64,000 nucleotides of DNA from Candidatus Falkowbacteria bacterium (GTDB taxonomy: Bacteria > Patescibacteriota > Patescibacteriia > Patescibacteriales > UBA12465), in contig JAPLVY010000004.1 of assembly GCA_026396875.1 (NCBI GenBank), positions 83,163-147,162 on the forward strand, read 5' to 3'. The translations under genes and the position numbers were made by a program. The stretch's first letter is position 1, and each line of letters opens with the position of its first letter. The notes beneath the pieces were generated by a model, which saw only the letters and a list, made by a program, of their open reading frames with translations, was not told the DNA's origin and did no database searches. Shown here piece by piece: positions 22,401 to 32,497 of this stretch.

Positions 22401-23324
22401 ATGAGAAATAAAATAATTAAAATTTCGATTGTCCTTTTAATTGCGGTGTTGCTCTTGATTTTTGCGCAGCCGATTTGGGTGAAAATCGAAAATAAGGTGC
22501 CAACCAGGATTGAGTCCCACTTAAACCATTTTTTTGGCAGAAAATCTTTATTGGAGCGCCGGGCAAAAAAGGCTGAAGTTTCCGTTTCTATCTTGGAGGG
22601 CAAGAATCTGTCAGAAACAATCAATGCTTTTGCCGAGAAAGGCTTGAGTTCTGCTGATGAATTCTATCGTTTTTCTGGTAAACCAAAAATTGATTATCGC
22701 CTCAAAGATTCCTTGGTCTGGCCAAAAGATTATTCCGATCGCTTTGATTTTTTGAAGGACAAACCGAAGTATTATAGTTTGGAGGGGTATTTGTTTCCCG
22801 ATACTTACCGTTTCTTTTCCGACGTTAGTGCTGATGAAATTATCGTCAAGATGTTGGAGAATTTTGATCGCAAACTGACCAAAAAAATGAAGGAGGATAT
22901 TGCTGCGCAGGGAAGGTCAATTTTTGAGATTATTACCATGGCCTCTATTATTGAAAAGGAAGCTCCTATCAACTACGGTACTGGCGACAACAATGATGCA
23001 CGAATAATTTCTGGTATCTTTTGGAGACGTTTGAAAAATGGCCAGGCTCTACAATCTTGCGCTACCCTGGCTTATGTTTTGGGAGAAAATAAAGCACAAT
23101 ATAGTGAAGCGGACACCAAAGTTGACTCTCCTTTTAATACCTATGCTTATCGTGGCCTACCGCCCGCGCCAATTGCTAATCCGGGGATTTTGGCAATTGA
23201 AGCCGCTATTTATCCAGTGGACACAAGCTATAACTACTTTCTGACTCCGGCGGGAACGAAAAAAATTGTTTTTTCCAGTACTTATGAGGAGCACTTAATT
23301 AACAAGAAGAAATATCTTGATTAA
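22401..23324 (+). CDS. mltG: Endolytic transglycosylase MltG
   Basis: LEGYLFPDTY, MASIIEKE, SPFNTY...GLPPAPIANPG. Confidence 0.95.
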   Translation: MRNKIIKISIVLLIAVLLLIFAQPIWVKIENKVPTRIESHLNHFFGRKSLLERRAKKAEVSVSILEGKNLSETINAFAEKGLSSADEFYRFSGKPKIDYRLKDSLVWPKDYSDRFDFLKDKPKYYSLEGYLFPDTYRFFSDVSADEIIVKMLENFDRKLTKKMKEDIAAQGRSIFEIITMASIIEKEAPINYGTGDNNDARIISGIFWRRLKNGQALQSCATLAYVLGENKAQYSEADTKVDSPFNTYAYRGLPPAPIANPGILAIEAAIYPVDTSYNYFLTPAGTKKIVFSSTYEEHLINKKKYLD

Positions 23325-23328
23325 AAAT

Positions 23329-25620
23329 ATGTTTGACGAACATTTTTCGGAAAACAATGCGCAGCCGACCTCTGAAAAAGGTGGTTCGGGGGCAATGAAA
23401 AAAATATTGATAATTTCCGCTATCGCCATTTTTCTTCTAATGGCAATTGGTGCGGGCGCTTTCTGGTTTATTCTTTCTCGGCAAAAAGCTCAGCCGAAAA
23501 TTGAGGAAATTGTGGCCACAACTAGTGCTCCCGTTGGCACGATGACCGGACAACTCGCTACTAGTACTTCGCTTTCTGAAATTAAACCTGGAGATTTTTT
23601 GATTGAACAGGTTTCTTTTCAAAATTTCTATCAAGCACCACCTAGCGATTTCCAGTTCAAAATAAATAACTACAGCTTACCGCTTAATGTAAAAACGGAC
23701 ATTATTAACTACTACGACATCTCCCGTAAATTATCTCTCGATCCTGGTCTCTCAAGTTTGGACAAAAATGGTTTCGCGATTATTGATAATCCCGATGCAG
23801 TAAAAAATAGTGATTTCTATTCTTCATTCTCTTGGCTGAAGAGTAAGGGGATTCCTATTCTAATCACCGCCGACTTTCTTTCTTATTATTATCAAAATAG
23901 CTTAAAATTAAGCTTCAAGCACTTAGAGGAAAATCTGTTTTACGATAGCTTGCAAAAGATCAGTAAGGAGTTATTTGATACCGCAAGAATGCGCTATGAA
24001 GCCCGTCGCGCTAAAATTGGTAATACCAATGATCAGATCCTTGAAGGAGAGCGCTTGGAATTGGCTTTTTTCGCGGTTTCCCTGCAACTTTTAAAGCCGC
24101 AAGTCGATCAAATAACTACCGACAAAGTGGCTTATCCGGAAAAATTTAGCTCGGCCGAAGCCAAAGATTTTGATTTTTCCCTGCCAGAATACCTGAAGGA
24201 TGACGTGGAAAGGGAAGTCGCTCTTATTAGGTCAGCAAAAGAAACCGTGAAGTCACCGGTGCTCCTTTATAACAGAAATTATAATGACTTCACTCTTCCT
24301 TCAGAATTTCGTAATAATGCTCGTCTGAACAATTTTTATTTAGCGGCAAAATGGTTGAATTCAGTTTTCCCTCTTTATTATCAGAGTAAGGATTGCCCGA
24401 GCTGTCAGTTAGACGAAAATGACTGGCAGGTTAATTTAACAGCCGCCTCTTTTATTTCCCAAGATTTCTATAGCAGCTATCGAGTAAAGAATCAGTGGGC
24501 TCGTATTTACAAAACTCTCTCTTTTTATAAAGGCTTGCGTGGAGATTTAACTTATTTGGAATACCACAAAGTTTTAGGAGATATCTTTGGTGAGAATTAC
24601 AATCTGGAAGCTTCTTTGGGGGCGGAAAATTCTTCTTCTTCTGCCAATTTTAATCAATTGCGCTCACGTTTGCTGGCCCTGCGTTTTCCGGAATGGGCTG
24701 GCGGCTATAATCGTGACGATCTTGCCGTCCGTCCGCAAATCGGCTTTCGGGTTTTAGCAGATTTTTATTCGGCCAATGATTTCATTTCTCGCGAATTGAC
24801 AGCGCCACAGGTCGGGGCTTATCAGGGAAAGGATTTAGAAATTAGTTCTTTATGCCAATCAACAAAAACTCGCTGCAAGTTGTTGGCTCTGGATGTGGTT
24901 AATTTAATGGTTTCTGCTCCTGATCCAAATTGGCTTTTAAACATTAATTACCAGGGTTTTACGGCTAAATTCTTAGCCCTGAAAGATACTCTGTCCAAAT
25001 TCTCATCTTGGCCAACCAGTAATTACTGGTCTACCATAAAAATAGTTAGAGATTATTTGGGCGCACCAAAATCTCAGCTGCCGATTTTTGGTCAAAATGA
25101 CGCTTGGAAAAAACGCCAAATTGATGCTAGCAAGGCTTGGTGGTTGAATTTGCAATCTAGCTCGGATTCCGTTAAAGTAACAAACAGCGGTTCTTTGGGG
25201 AGTGGTAGCGATTTACAGGGAGCAGAGTACTATTATCTTGAGCCAGACCTTAATTTATTGAATAATCTGGTTGCAAATAGCCAAATGATTCTCGGAATGT
25301 ATCGAGCTTTGCAAATAAATTCCGAAGACCCCGGTGCTTATTCTCGAGTGGAGATGATGTCGAAGGATTTAGAATTCACGAGAGAACTGGCCAAAAAGGA
25401 ATTGTCCGGCCAAGGACTTTTAATCGAAGATGATGTCTTTCTCGGTAAATTAGTTGGCCAATATCAAACGGTTAAAGCGAATCTGGACCAATTTAATTTA
25501 GGAGCAACCAGTCTGAATTACAAATTCGCCGCACCAAAATTTTTAATTTTAATTTCACAGACCGGAACCACCAAGTCTTTCAGCGTTGGGCCGATATTTT
25601 CCTACTCTGAAAGTCGTTAA
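23329..25620 (+). CDS. Membrane-anchored exported protein, DUF3160-like
   Basis: Single N-terminal TM; PILITADFL...LEE pattern recalled from DUF3160 proteins (not searched). Confidence 0.6.
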   Translation: MFDEHFSENNAQPTSEKGGSGAMKKILIISAIAIFLLMAIGAGAFWFILSRQKAQPKIEEIVATTSAPVGTMTGQLATSTSLSEIKPGDFLIEQVSFQNFYQAPPSDFQFKINNYSLPLNVKTDIINYYDISRKLSLDPGLSSLDKNGFAIIDNPDAVKNSDFYSSFSWLKSKGIPILITADFLSYYYQNSLKLSFKHLEENLFYDSLQKISKELFDTARMRYEARRAKIGNTNDQILEGERLELAFFAVSLQLLKPQVDQITTDKVAYPEKFSSAEAKDFDFSLPEYLKDDVEREVALIRSAKETVKSPVLLYNRNYNDFTLPSEFRNNARLNNFYLAAKWLNSVFPLYYQSKDCPSCQLDENDWQVNLTAASFISQDFYSSYRVKNQWARIYKTLSFYKGLRGDLTYLEYHKVLGDIFGENYNLEASLGAENSSSSANFNQLRSRLLALRFPEWAGGYNRDDLAVRPQIGFRVLADFYSANDFISRELTAPQVGAYQGKDLEISSLCQSTKTRCKLLALDVVNLMVSAPDPNWLLNINYQGFTAKFLALKDTLSKFSSWPTSNYWSTIKIVRDYLGAPKSQLPIFGQNDAWKKRQIDASKAWWLNLQSSSDSVKVTNSGSLGSGSDLQGAEYYYLEPDLNLLNNLVANSQMILGMYRALQINSEDPGAYSRVEMMSKDLEFTRELAKKELSGQGLLIEDDVFLGKLVGQYQTVKANLDQFNLGATSLNYKFAAPKFLILISQTGTTKSFSVGPIFSYSESR

Positions 25621-25623
25621 AAC

Positions 25624-26931
25624 ATGAAAAAAAATACCTATCACCTTATCACTATCGGTTGTCAGATGAATAAAGCTGACAGCGAGCGCGTTGCTTCCTT
25701 TTTGGAAGAACGCGCTTTTCGGCTATTAGAGGATTTTACCGAGGCCAACTTGGTGATCTTAACGACCTGCGGTGTCCGTCAATCTGCCGAAGACCGGGTT
25801 TATGGTCTCGTTAATCAAATTAGAAAAGCCAATACAGAGGCGACGGTGGTTATCACTGGCTGTCTGGCAAAAAGAAAAGACGTCTGGCGCCGTTTAAAGG
25901 GGCAGGTTGATTTATTTATGCCAATCAACGAATTGCCCAATATTTTTGAGCTTTTAGAGAAAAATGTTTCCAGAAAAGAGCAGGGTCTGGTAGATAGTAG
26001 AATTATCGAAGGAGAAAAATATCTTTCCATTGAACCGAAATATCAGAGTCCTTACACCGCCTATGTTCCGATTGGTAATGGCTGCGATAATTTTTGCGCC
26101 TATTGTGTTGTGCCTTATGCACGTGGTCGAGAAGTCTATCGACCGCTAGAAGAAGTTATCGCTGAGGTCCAGGGGCTCCTGGCCAAGGGTTATAAAGAAA
26201 TCGTTCTTATTGCTCAGAATGTGAATAGCTATCTTAGCGGCCAAGACAAATTTCCAGACCTTTTGAAAAAAGTCCTCGCCTTGCCTGGAGAATTTTGGGT
26301 GCGCTTTTCTTCTAGCCATCCAAAAGATTTAAGCGATGAGCTTATTGCTCTTTTGGCGGATCAAAAGATGTGCCCCCATCTTCATTTGGCCGTGCAAAGC
26401 GGTGATGATGAGGTTCTAGAGAGAATGAACAGAAAGTATACCGCCAGTCATTACCGCGGCTTAATCGCCAAAGCACGGGCTGTCCGTCAAGATTTAGCAA
26501 TAACTACCGATGTGATTGTCGGCTTTCCTGGAGAAACGGAAGAACAATTTGAAAATTCGGCAAAGCTTTTTCAAGACTTGAAATTTGACCTGGCATATAC
26601 CGCTCAATATAGCCCGAGGCCAGGAACGGTTTCCGCTTTAATGGAAGACAATGTCTCTAGAGAGGAAAAGCGTCGGCGAGAGAAGGTGCTAACCGAAATT
26701 TTAAAGATCAGTGGTGAGGAAAAAAACCGAGAATATCTTGAGAAAGAAGTACTTGTTTTGGTCGATGGTACAAATAAGAATGGTAAATACTACGGTAAGA
26801 CTGGTAGTTATAAAACGGTAATCTTTACCGCGCCAGAGAATATAAGAAAAGATGACCTGGTGGGCAACTTTGTAAGCGTCAAAATAATTGCGGTGATGGA
26901 CTTTGGTCTAGAGGGGCAATTAGTGATCTAA
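25624..26931 (+). CDS. miaB: tRNA i6A37 methylthiotransferase MiaB
   Basis: GCQMNKADSE, radical SAM CDNFCAYC, TRAM-like C-terminus; next to miaA. Confidence 0.93.
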   Translation: MKKNTYHLITIGCQMNKADSERVASFLEERAFRLLEDFTEANLVILTTCGVRQSAEDRVYGLVNQIRKANTEATVVITGCLAKRKDVWRRLKGQVDLFMPINELPNIFELLEKNVSRKEQGLVDSRIIEGEKYLSIEPKYQSPYTAYVPIGNGCDNFCAYCVVPYARGREVYRPLEEVIAEVQGLLAKGYKEIVLIAQNVNSYLSGQDKFPDLLKKVLALPGEFWVRFSSSHPKDLSDELIALLADQKMCPHLHLAVQSGDDEVLERMNRKYTASHYRGLIAKARAVRQDLAITTDVIVGFPGETEEQFENSAKLFQDLKFDLAYTAQYSPRPGTVSALMEDNVSREEKRRREKVLTEILKISGEEKNREYLEKEVLVLVDGTNKNGKYYGKTGSYKTVIFTAPENIRKDDLVGNFVSVKIIAVMDFGLEGQLVI

Positions 26932-26935
26932 AAAA

Positions 26936-27045
26936 AAGAAGAAAGGAACCGTTACTCAAGCGGTTCCTAACATTTTCGAATATGAATTGTTTATACAAAC
27001 CAAAAGGTTTGATTAAATATTATCGGGATTAGTATTATTTGTCAA
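26936..27045 (-). ncRNA. Candidate ~75-nt small RNA with its own promoter and terminator, antisense-oriented between miaB and miaA
   Basis: Minus-strand TTGACA (27045-27040)-17bp-TAATAT; 5' hairpin CAAACC-TTTT-GGTTTG; terminator AGGAACCG/CGGTTCCT followed by a U-rich tract. Confidence 0.5.
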
Positions 27046-27092
27046 TATTATCTTTCAATTAGCATTTTTCGCTAGTTTTCTTAAAATAATTT

Positions 27093-28028
27093 ATGTCCAA
27101 TAAATTAGCCAAAAAACCAAAGGTTTTGGTAATTCTTGGTCCGACTTCTGGTGGCAAGACAGCTCTCGGGGTTCGCCTGGCTTTTGAGTTATCCGGAGAA
27201 ATAATCTCGGCAGATAGTCGTCAGGTTTATCGAGGGATGGACATCGGTACCGGCAAGGACCTGGGCGAATATACGGTTGAGGGGAAAAATATTCCCTATC
27301 ATTTAATTGACATCGTCTCTCCGAACACTAACTTTAATCTTGCCAAGTACCAGCGCTTAGCCACTAAGGCGATCGAGAAAACTATTGCTAGAGGGAACTT
27401 ACCAATTATCGTTGGTGGCACCGGTCTTTATTTGCAATCTTTGGTAGATAATTACGCTTTGGCTAACGGTAAAAGCGATCTAAAGCTGAGAGCGGAACTG
27501 GAACTTCTGGGAGCTGATAGATTATTTACCAATTTAAAAAATCAGGCGCCAGATTTCGCCGACAAGTTAAACAATAGTGATCGAAATAATCCCCGACGCC
27601 TAGCTCGCTACTTAGAGCTTGCCGCAGAAGGAAGATTGTCGGAAATTGGTAAGCGTGCAGCAAAATATGATTTTTTAATTCTTGGAACGCTTCGTGATGA
27701 CGAAGATTTGCGGAAAAGAATCAGTGACAGGAGAAGAGAAATGATTGAAAAGGAGGGCTTGGTTGAGGAGGTAAACCATCTTCACAAAAAGAGTGTTTCC
27801 TGGAAGCGACTAATTTCCTTCGGTCTCGAGTATAAATTTGTGAGTTGGTTTTTAATGGGGAAAATGGATTACGACACGATGTGCTCGAAGTTAGATACCG
27901 AAATTTGCCAATTTGCTAAACGTCAAAAAACCTGGTTCAAAAGATGGGAGAATCAGGGAACTAAAATAAATTGGGTAAAAAGTCTTGGCGAGGCGCGTCG
28001 GATAAGCAGCGATTGGCTAAAGAAATAA
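27093..28028 (+). CDS. miaA: tRNA dimethylallyltransferase MiaA
   Basis: GPTSGGKT, SADSRQVYRGMDIGTGK, VGGTGLY and KRQKTWF motifs. Confidence 0.97.
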   Translation: MSNKLAKKPKVLVILGPTSGGKTALGVRLAFELSGEIISADSRQVYRGMDIGTGKDLGEYTVEGKNIPYHLIDIVSPNTNFNLAKYQRLATKAIEKTIARGNLPIIVGGTGLYLQSLVDNYALANGKSDLKLRAELELLGADRLFTNLKNQAPDFADKLNNSDRNNPRRLARYLELAAEGRLSEIGKRAAKYDFLILGTLRDDEDLRKRISDRRREMIEKEGLVEEVNHLHKKSVSWKRLISFGLEYKFVSWFLMGKMDYDTMCSKLDTEICQFAKRQKTWFKRWENQGTKINWVKSLGEARRISSDWLKK

Positions 28029-28030
28029 AT

Positions 28031-28705
28031 ATGATCAAATTATCTTTTACTCGCCAAGAATTAGATGCTGTCCTGAAAGACCCTGCTTATCAACCAGAGA
28101 AACTGCTCAGTTTTTTGGCAAGAGATTTGGGAGATATCTACACCTCTGATGCCGGACTTTGGGAGAAATACACCATTGGTGAGCATACCTTAATGGTCTT
28201 ACGGCAATTTGAAAAGTACTATTCTTACCAAATACTTCCCGCGCAGATTGACCGCAATTTTTTTCGTTTTTTTATCTCCTTGCATGATATTGGCAAGAAA
28301 AAAGCTATTGAATTAGGGAATAAAGATTTGCAGCACGAGCATACTACTGCCCTGGCTGGTGATATTTTTCAACAATTAAATTTTTCTGATCAGGAATGGC
28401 ACTTATTTGAATCGCTTGTCGAACGAGAATATTTGGGTCATTATTTCAAGGGCAGGGATATTAAGGCAACTTGTCAGGAAATAATTTCTGCTTGCAAGAA
28501 GACCGACTTGTCGTTACTTGATTTCTTGGCAGTTTTAGAAATGTTTTATAAAGTTGACGCTGGAAGTTACACTAAGGATGCTTCCGGCTTAGAGTCTTTG
28601 GATAAACTTTTTTTCTTTGATCATGTTAATCATCGGCTCAATTTTTCCAAAGAAGTTGAAGAAAAATTTATAATTCTTCGGGACGCGCTAATTTATAGGC
28701 AATAA
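28031..28705 (+). CDS. HD-domain protein
   Basis: EHTLMV...LHDIGK...HEH metal-binding pattern; ATG 2 nt after the miaA stop. Confidence 0.7.
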   Translation: MIKLSFTRQELDAVLKDPAYQPEKLLSFLARDLGDIYTSDAGLWEKYTIGEHTLMVLRQFEKYYSYQILPAQIDRNFFRFFISLHDIGKKKAIELGNKDLQHEHTTALAGDIFQQLNFSDQEWHLFESLVEREYLGHYFKGRDIKATCQEIISACKKTDLSLLDFLAVLEMFYKVDAGSYTKDASGLESLDKLFFFDHVNHRLNFSKEVEEKFIILRDALIYRQ

Positions 28706-28718
28706 GATTTAGTAATAA

Positions 28719-28750
28719 AAAAATCCGTCACCAGAGTGACGGATTTTTTT
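28719..28750. terminator. Bidirectional intrinsic terminator
   Basis: AAAAAATCCGTCAC-CAGA-GTGACGGATTTTTTT between convergent genes. Confidence 0.85.
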
Positions 28751-30225
28751 TATTTGGTGAGATGATTTTCCAGAATTTTCTTGGTAATTTCCGGGTCAGC
28801 TTTGCCGCCAGTTTTTGCCATCACTTTTCCTAGAAAGAATGCCAATAAGGGGAGTTTTCCTTGTTTGTATTGTTCCGCCTGTTCGGGAAAAGTATTAATA
28901 ATTTCCTTGGCGATATCTTCAATTATTTTTTCGTCACTGATTTTTTCTAGACCAGATTTTTCTACTATTTCTTGTGGGGTTTTTCCTTCTTTAAACATTT
29001 GACTTAAAACTTCTTGCCCGGCGTTACTGGTGATTTTCCCCTCGCTAAGCATGATGATTAGTGAGGAAAAATTTTCTGGAGAAATTTTTAGATGTGCAAT
29101 TTCTTCTCCAGCAATATGGATATTTTTTAATAGCTCGCTCACTATCCAGCCCGCTGCATTAGGTGCGAGTTCAATCATTTTTTTATCTCCTAGGGAGCGG
29201 AACACGCTTTCGGAAAAATTTGCCAATTTTGGATCGTTGATTATTTGGTCGGCAATTTCTTCTTTGATGCCGAAGTCGGCTTTAAAGCGATTTTTTTTAG
29301 CTTCCGGTAATTCGATTAATTCTTTTTTAATTTTCTCAAGCCAGTCATCGCTGATGTTGACTGGAGGGATGTCTGGTTCTGGAAAATAGCGATAGTCAGC
29401 GGCGCTTTCTTTGATTCTTTGAGAGTTGGTGACGTTTTTGGAATCATCCCAGCCTCTAGTCTCAGCAATAATTATCTGGCCATTTTCCAGTTCTTTGGTC
29501 TGACGCTCAATTTCAAAAGCTATGGCTTTTTCTACTGCTCGGAAAGAATTAATATTTTTTACCTCCACCTTGTGATTTAATTTTTTATTTCCAGTAGGAA
29601 GAATTTGTCCATTTTCGTATTTCCAAGAGCCAGCCTCCTGGATGCTCACGTTCGCCTCACAACGCATTTCCCCTTTCTCCATGTCGGCATTGCTGGCGCC
29701 AAGATAACGCAATACTCGTTGATAATTTTGGCAGAATTTCTTGGCCTCTTCGGCGCTACGGATGGTCGGCTCAGTTACTAGTTCCAAGAGTGGTGTTCCG
29801 GCGCGATTAAAATCAATTAAGGTATACTCTGAATTTTTTGGGTGGAAAGATTTTCCAGTGTCTTCCTCTAAGTGGATTCTGGTAATAAGAATTTCTTCGT
29901 CATCAAGGTTAATTTTCCCGTGATGAGCAAAGGGCAGGTCGTATTGAGAAATTTGATAACCTTTCGGCAGGTCAGGGTAAAAGTAATTTTTTCGATCAAA
30001 TTTTGATAAACGGTTAATTTCACAATTATAAGCTAGGCCAATTAGGATATTGAGTTCAATCGCCCTTTTGTTTGGCACCGGAAGGGTTCCTGGATGGCCA
30101 AGGCAAATCGGACAAGTGGCGTCATTTGGCGCCATACCTGCTCCATTTTGACAGGAGCAGAACATTTTACTGGCAGTTTTGAGTTCGGCATGGATTTCCA
30201 GGCCAATGATAGCGTCGTATTTCAT
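28750..30225 (-). CDS. gatB: Asp/Glu-tRNA amidotransferase subunit B
   Basis: IGLEIHAEL, FDRKNYFYPDLPKGYQISQ and DYRYFPEPD motifs. Confidence 0.98.
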   Translation of the reverse strand: MKYDAIIGLEIHAELKTASKMFCSCQNGAGMAPNDATCPICLGHPGTLPVPNKRAIELNILIGLAYNCEINRLSKFDRKNYFYPDLPKGYQISQYDLPFAHHGKINLDDEEILITRIHLEEDTGKSFHPKNSEYTLIDFNRAGTPLLELVTEPTIRSAEEAKKFCQNYQRVLRYLGASNADMEKGEMRCEANVSIQEAGSWKYENGQILPTGNKKLNHKVEVKNINSFRAVEKAIAFEIERQTKELENGQIIIAETRGWDDSKNVTNSQRIKESAADYRYFPEPDIPPVNISDDWLEKIKKELIELPEAKKNRFKADFGIKEEIADQIINDPKLANFSESVFRSLGDKKMIELAPNAAGWIVSELLKNIHIAGEEIAHLKISPENFSSLIIMLSEGKITSNAGQEVLSQMFKEGKTPQEIVEKSGLEKISDEKIIEDIAKEIINTFPEQAEQYKQGKLPLLAFFLGKVMAKTGGKADPEITKKILENHLTK

Positions 30226-30299
30226 ACTGTTATTTTAGCGCAAAAACATCAAAAAGGTCAAAATTCCCGAGAAATTAAAAATCCTCCGCAATGGAGGAT

Positions 30300-30599
30300 T
30301 TAGTTGGCCAGGGATTGCGCTTTTTTAATTAGCCAATTGGCGTCTTTATCGGGAAATAATTTTTTAAGAGAGCCAACGGCGTAGGAGGCGGCTTTGGTGG
30401 GAATACCGCCAAAGAGATCTTGCATAATGACTATGCTACCTTCTTCCATGGTGTCTATTTTTTCTGAACTGCTTTCAAAATTTTTCTCTGCCAAGTCATG
30501 CTTAATTCCTGCTACTTGCTGCTCAAAACCAATAAGGTCTTGTCCGGACTCAACCGGCTGGCCAATAGTTTCTTGGTTTATGTGTTCTAATGATGACAT
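30300..30599 (-). CDS. Hypothetical protein
   Basis: 99-aa ORF co-oriented with neighbours, followed by a hairpin. Confidence 0.55.
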   Translation of the reverse strand: MSSLEHINQETIGQPVESGQDLIGFEQQVAGIKHDLAEKNFESSSEKIDTMEEGSIVIMQDLFGGIPTKAASYAVGSLKKLFPDKDANWLIKKAQSLAN

Positions 30600-30660
30600 G
30601 ACTTTATTCTGTAATATTTTGCTTTATAAGTCAATAGAGATTTTTTTGAAAAAAAATTTT

Positions 30661-31932
30661 CTAGAATTTTCCAGTACTGCCAAAGCTCCCGTTTTTTCTG
30701 TCGGTCTCATCTTCTATCTTTGATTCAGTCATTTTTACTTGGCCGATCTCTTGGATGATTATTTGGGCAACTTTTTGTCCTTCAGTGATATGAAAAAAAT
30801 CTTCAGTTAGGTTTTTGGCCACTACGATTATTTCTCCCCGGTAATCAGCATCAATCACTCCCCCCATAGTTTTCAGTCCTTGGGCGGCGAGACCGCTTTT
30901 GTCCCAAATCAAACCAGCGAAACCGGCAGGGATAGCCATTTTGATACCCGTATTGATTTTTACTTGGCCGTAAGGAGGAATAGAATAATTTTCGCTAGCA
31001 AATAAGTCGTAGCCAGCATCATTGGGATGTGCTCTGTCTGGAATCTTGGCCTCTGGTTTTAATTTCTCCACCAATACTTTCTGGCTCTCAATTTTTTTAA
31101 CAGGTTCTTCAGCTATTTCGTTAATTACTTCTACTACTATATCTTCCTTCTTCTCTTCTTGATTAATCACTGCGCTGAAAGCCTGGCGATGATTTTTGGT
31201 AATGATGTCGGCAACTCCAGTAAAACCTGGGACTTTTTTGACATTTTCCGCTTTTAACATTTGAGAGACATAAATCCAAATCAGAAAACCGATTTCTTCG
31301 CGGTCCATGATGCTTCCTTCACTGGTGCAGTTTACTAAGCGGTAATTATGGTTGCTTTCAGCAATCTCGCAATAAACCAGCTCCGCTTTTTTTAGATGTT
31401 CCAGATTTTCCTCGTGGATATCTCTTTTTTTGCCGCTCCAATCTTCTCGTCCACGATCTTTGGCGAGTTGCTGGGCAATTTCTGCGCTCACTCGCAAGAC
31501 CAAGCATAGGTCGGGGCGGGGAATCTTTAGGATGTCATGCTCTAATTCGGCCAGCCAATTAAAAAACACCTTTCTTTCTAGGGGATTATCCACCTTTCCT
31601 CCCTGGTGAGCCATGTTAGAGGAAGTATAGCGATTGCAGAGAACTATTTTGCCTTCGTCGAGCCACTTTCTGATTTGCTGACTGGCGTCGTAACGGTCAA
31701 CGGCATAAAAAATTGAAGCTTGATAAGGAGTGACTTCGTTAGCGCTGCCATATTTTCCGGAAAGATATTCCTCTACCATGCCGGCAGATTTTTGATTGTA
31801 TTGTGGAAAATCAGCAATAGCCACACCAAAACCTTCTGCTTCCAGTTTTTCTTGAAGCAGTTTGAGCTGGGTGGTTTTTCCGGACCCATCGGTTCCGTCA
31901 ATGACTATCAGTCGTCCTCGTTCTTTTTCCAT
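30661..31932 (-). CDS. tmk/dut: Thymidylate kinase fused to a C-terminal dUTPase
   Basis: N-half DGTDGSGKTTQ, FPQY, NRYTSS; C-half AGYDL, KSGL, GVIDADYRGEI, AQII, RKNGSFGSTG. Confidence 0.93.
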   Translation of the reverse strand: MEKERGRLIVIDGTDGSGKTTQLKLLQEKLEAEGFGVAIADFPQYNQKSAGMVEEYLSGKYGSANEVTPYQASIFYAVDRYDASQQIRKWLDEGKIVLCNRYTSSNMAHQGGKVDNPLERKVFFNWLAELEHDILKIPRPDLCLVLRVSAEIAQQLAKDRGREDWSGKKRDIHEENLEHLKKAELVYCEIAESNHNYRLVNCTSEGSIMDREEIGFLIWIYVSQMLKAENVKKVPGFTGVADIITKNHRQAFSAVINQEEKKEDIVVEVINEIAEEPVKKIESQKVLVEKLKPEAKIPDRAHPNDAGYDLFASENYSIPPYGQVKINTGIKMAIPAGFAGLIWDKSGLAAQGLKTMGGVIDADYRGEIIVVAKNLTEDFFHITEGQKVAQIIIQEIGQVKMTESKIEDETDRKNGSFGSTGKF

Positions 31933-31938
31933 AGTTTT

Positions 31939-32493
31939 TTATCTTCTCAAATTATCCAGTAGCTTGTCAACGTCAGCGCGCAGTTCTTCTAGGGAATTAT
32001 TATTTTGGAGGTGAACTTTGGCATGGGCCATTACTCCGGGAATAGTTAGTTCAGTTTCTGCTTGAGAATCTTTTTGAAAATCAGCAAAACTTTTTTCTCC
32101 GTCACCAGCATTCTCGTTACGCTTAATCATCCTTTCATAACGCAGTTTCTCGTCAGCATCGATTGATACTAGGGTAAATCCTGGCAATTTTTCTAGGTAT
32201 TCAATGTCGGCGTTTCTTCTGATGCCATCAATAATTATTAATTCATGAATATCATTCTTCACGTCTTCAGTTAGCACCTTGGCCAGCAAATCTTCACCAA
32301 AACGCTGGCGCAAAATTGTTGAAATATCCTGAATATTAGTGCGACTCTGTTCGACATGCATCCGATCAAGCAAGTCTCTGAGCATGGTTGAAAAACGATG
32401 TTCAGTAGCGCCATATTTTTCTTGCAAGTACTTCTTAGCTTCGCCCTTGCCACTAGCCATTGGACCAACTAGGCCGATGATGATTTTTTCCAT
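31939..32493 (-). CDS. P-loop kinase of the dephospho-CoA kinase/dNMP kinase-like family
   Basis: GLVGPMASGKGE P-loop, IIDGIR, RYERM..R and NNNSLEEL. Confidence 0.8.
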   Translation of the reverse strand: MEKIIIGLVGPMASGKGEAKKYLQEKYGATEHRFSTMLRDLLDRMHVEQSRTNIQDISTILRQRFGEDLLAKVLTEDVKNDIHELIIIDGIRRNADIEYLEKLPGFTLVSIDADEKLRYERMIKRNENAGDGEKSFADFQKDSQAETELTIPGVMAHAKVHLQNNNSLEELRADVDKLLDNLRR

Positions 32494-32497
32494 AAGA

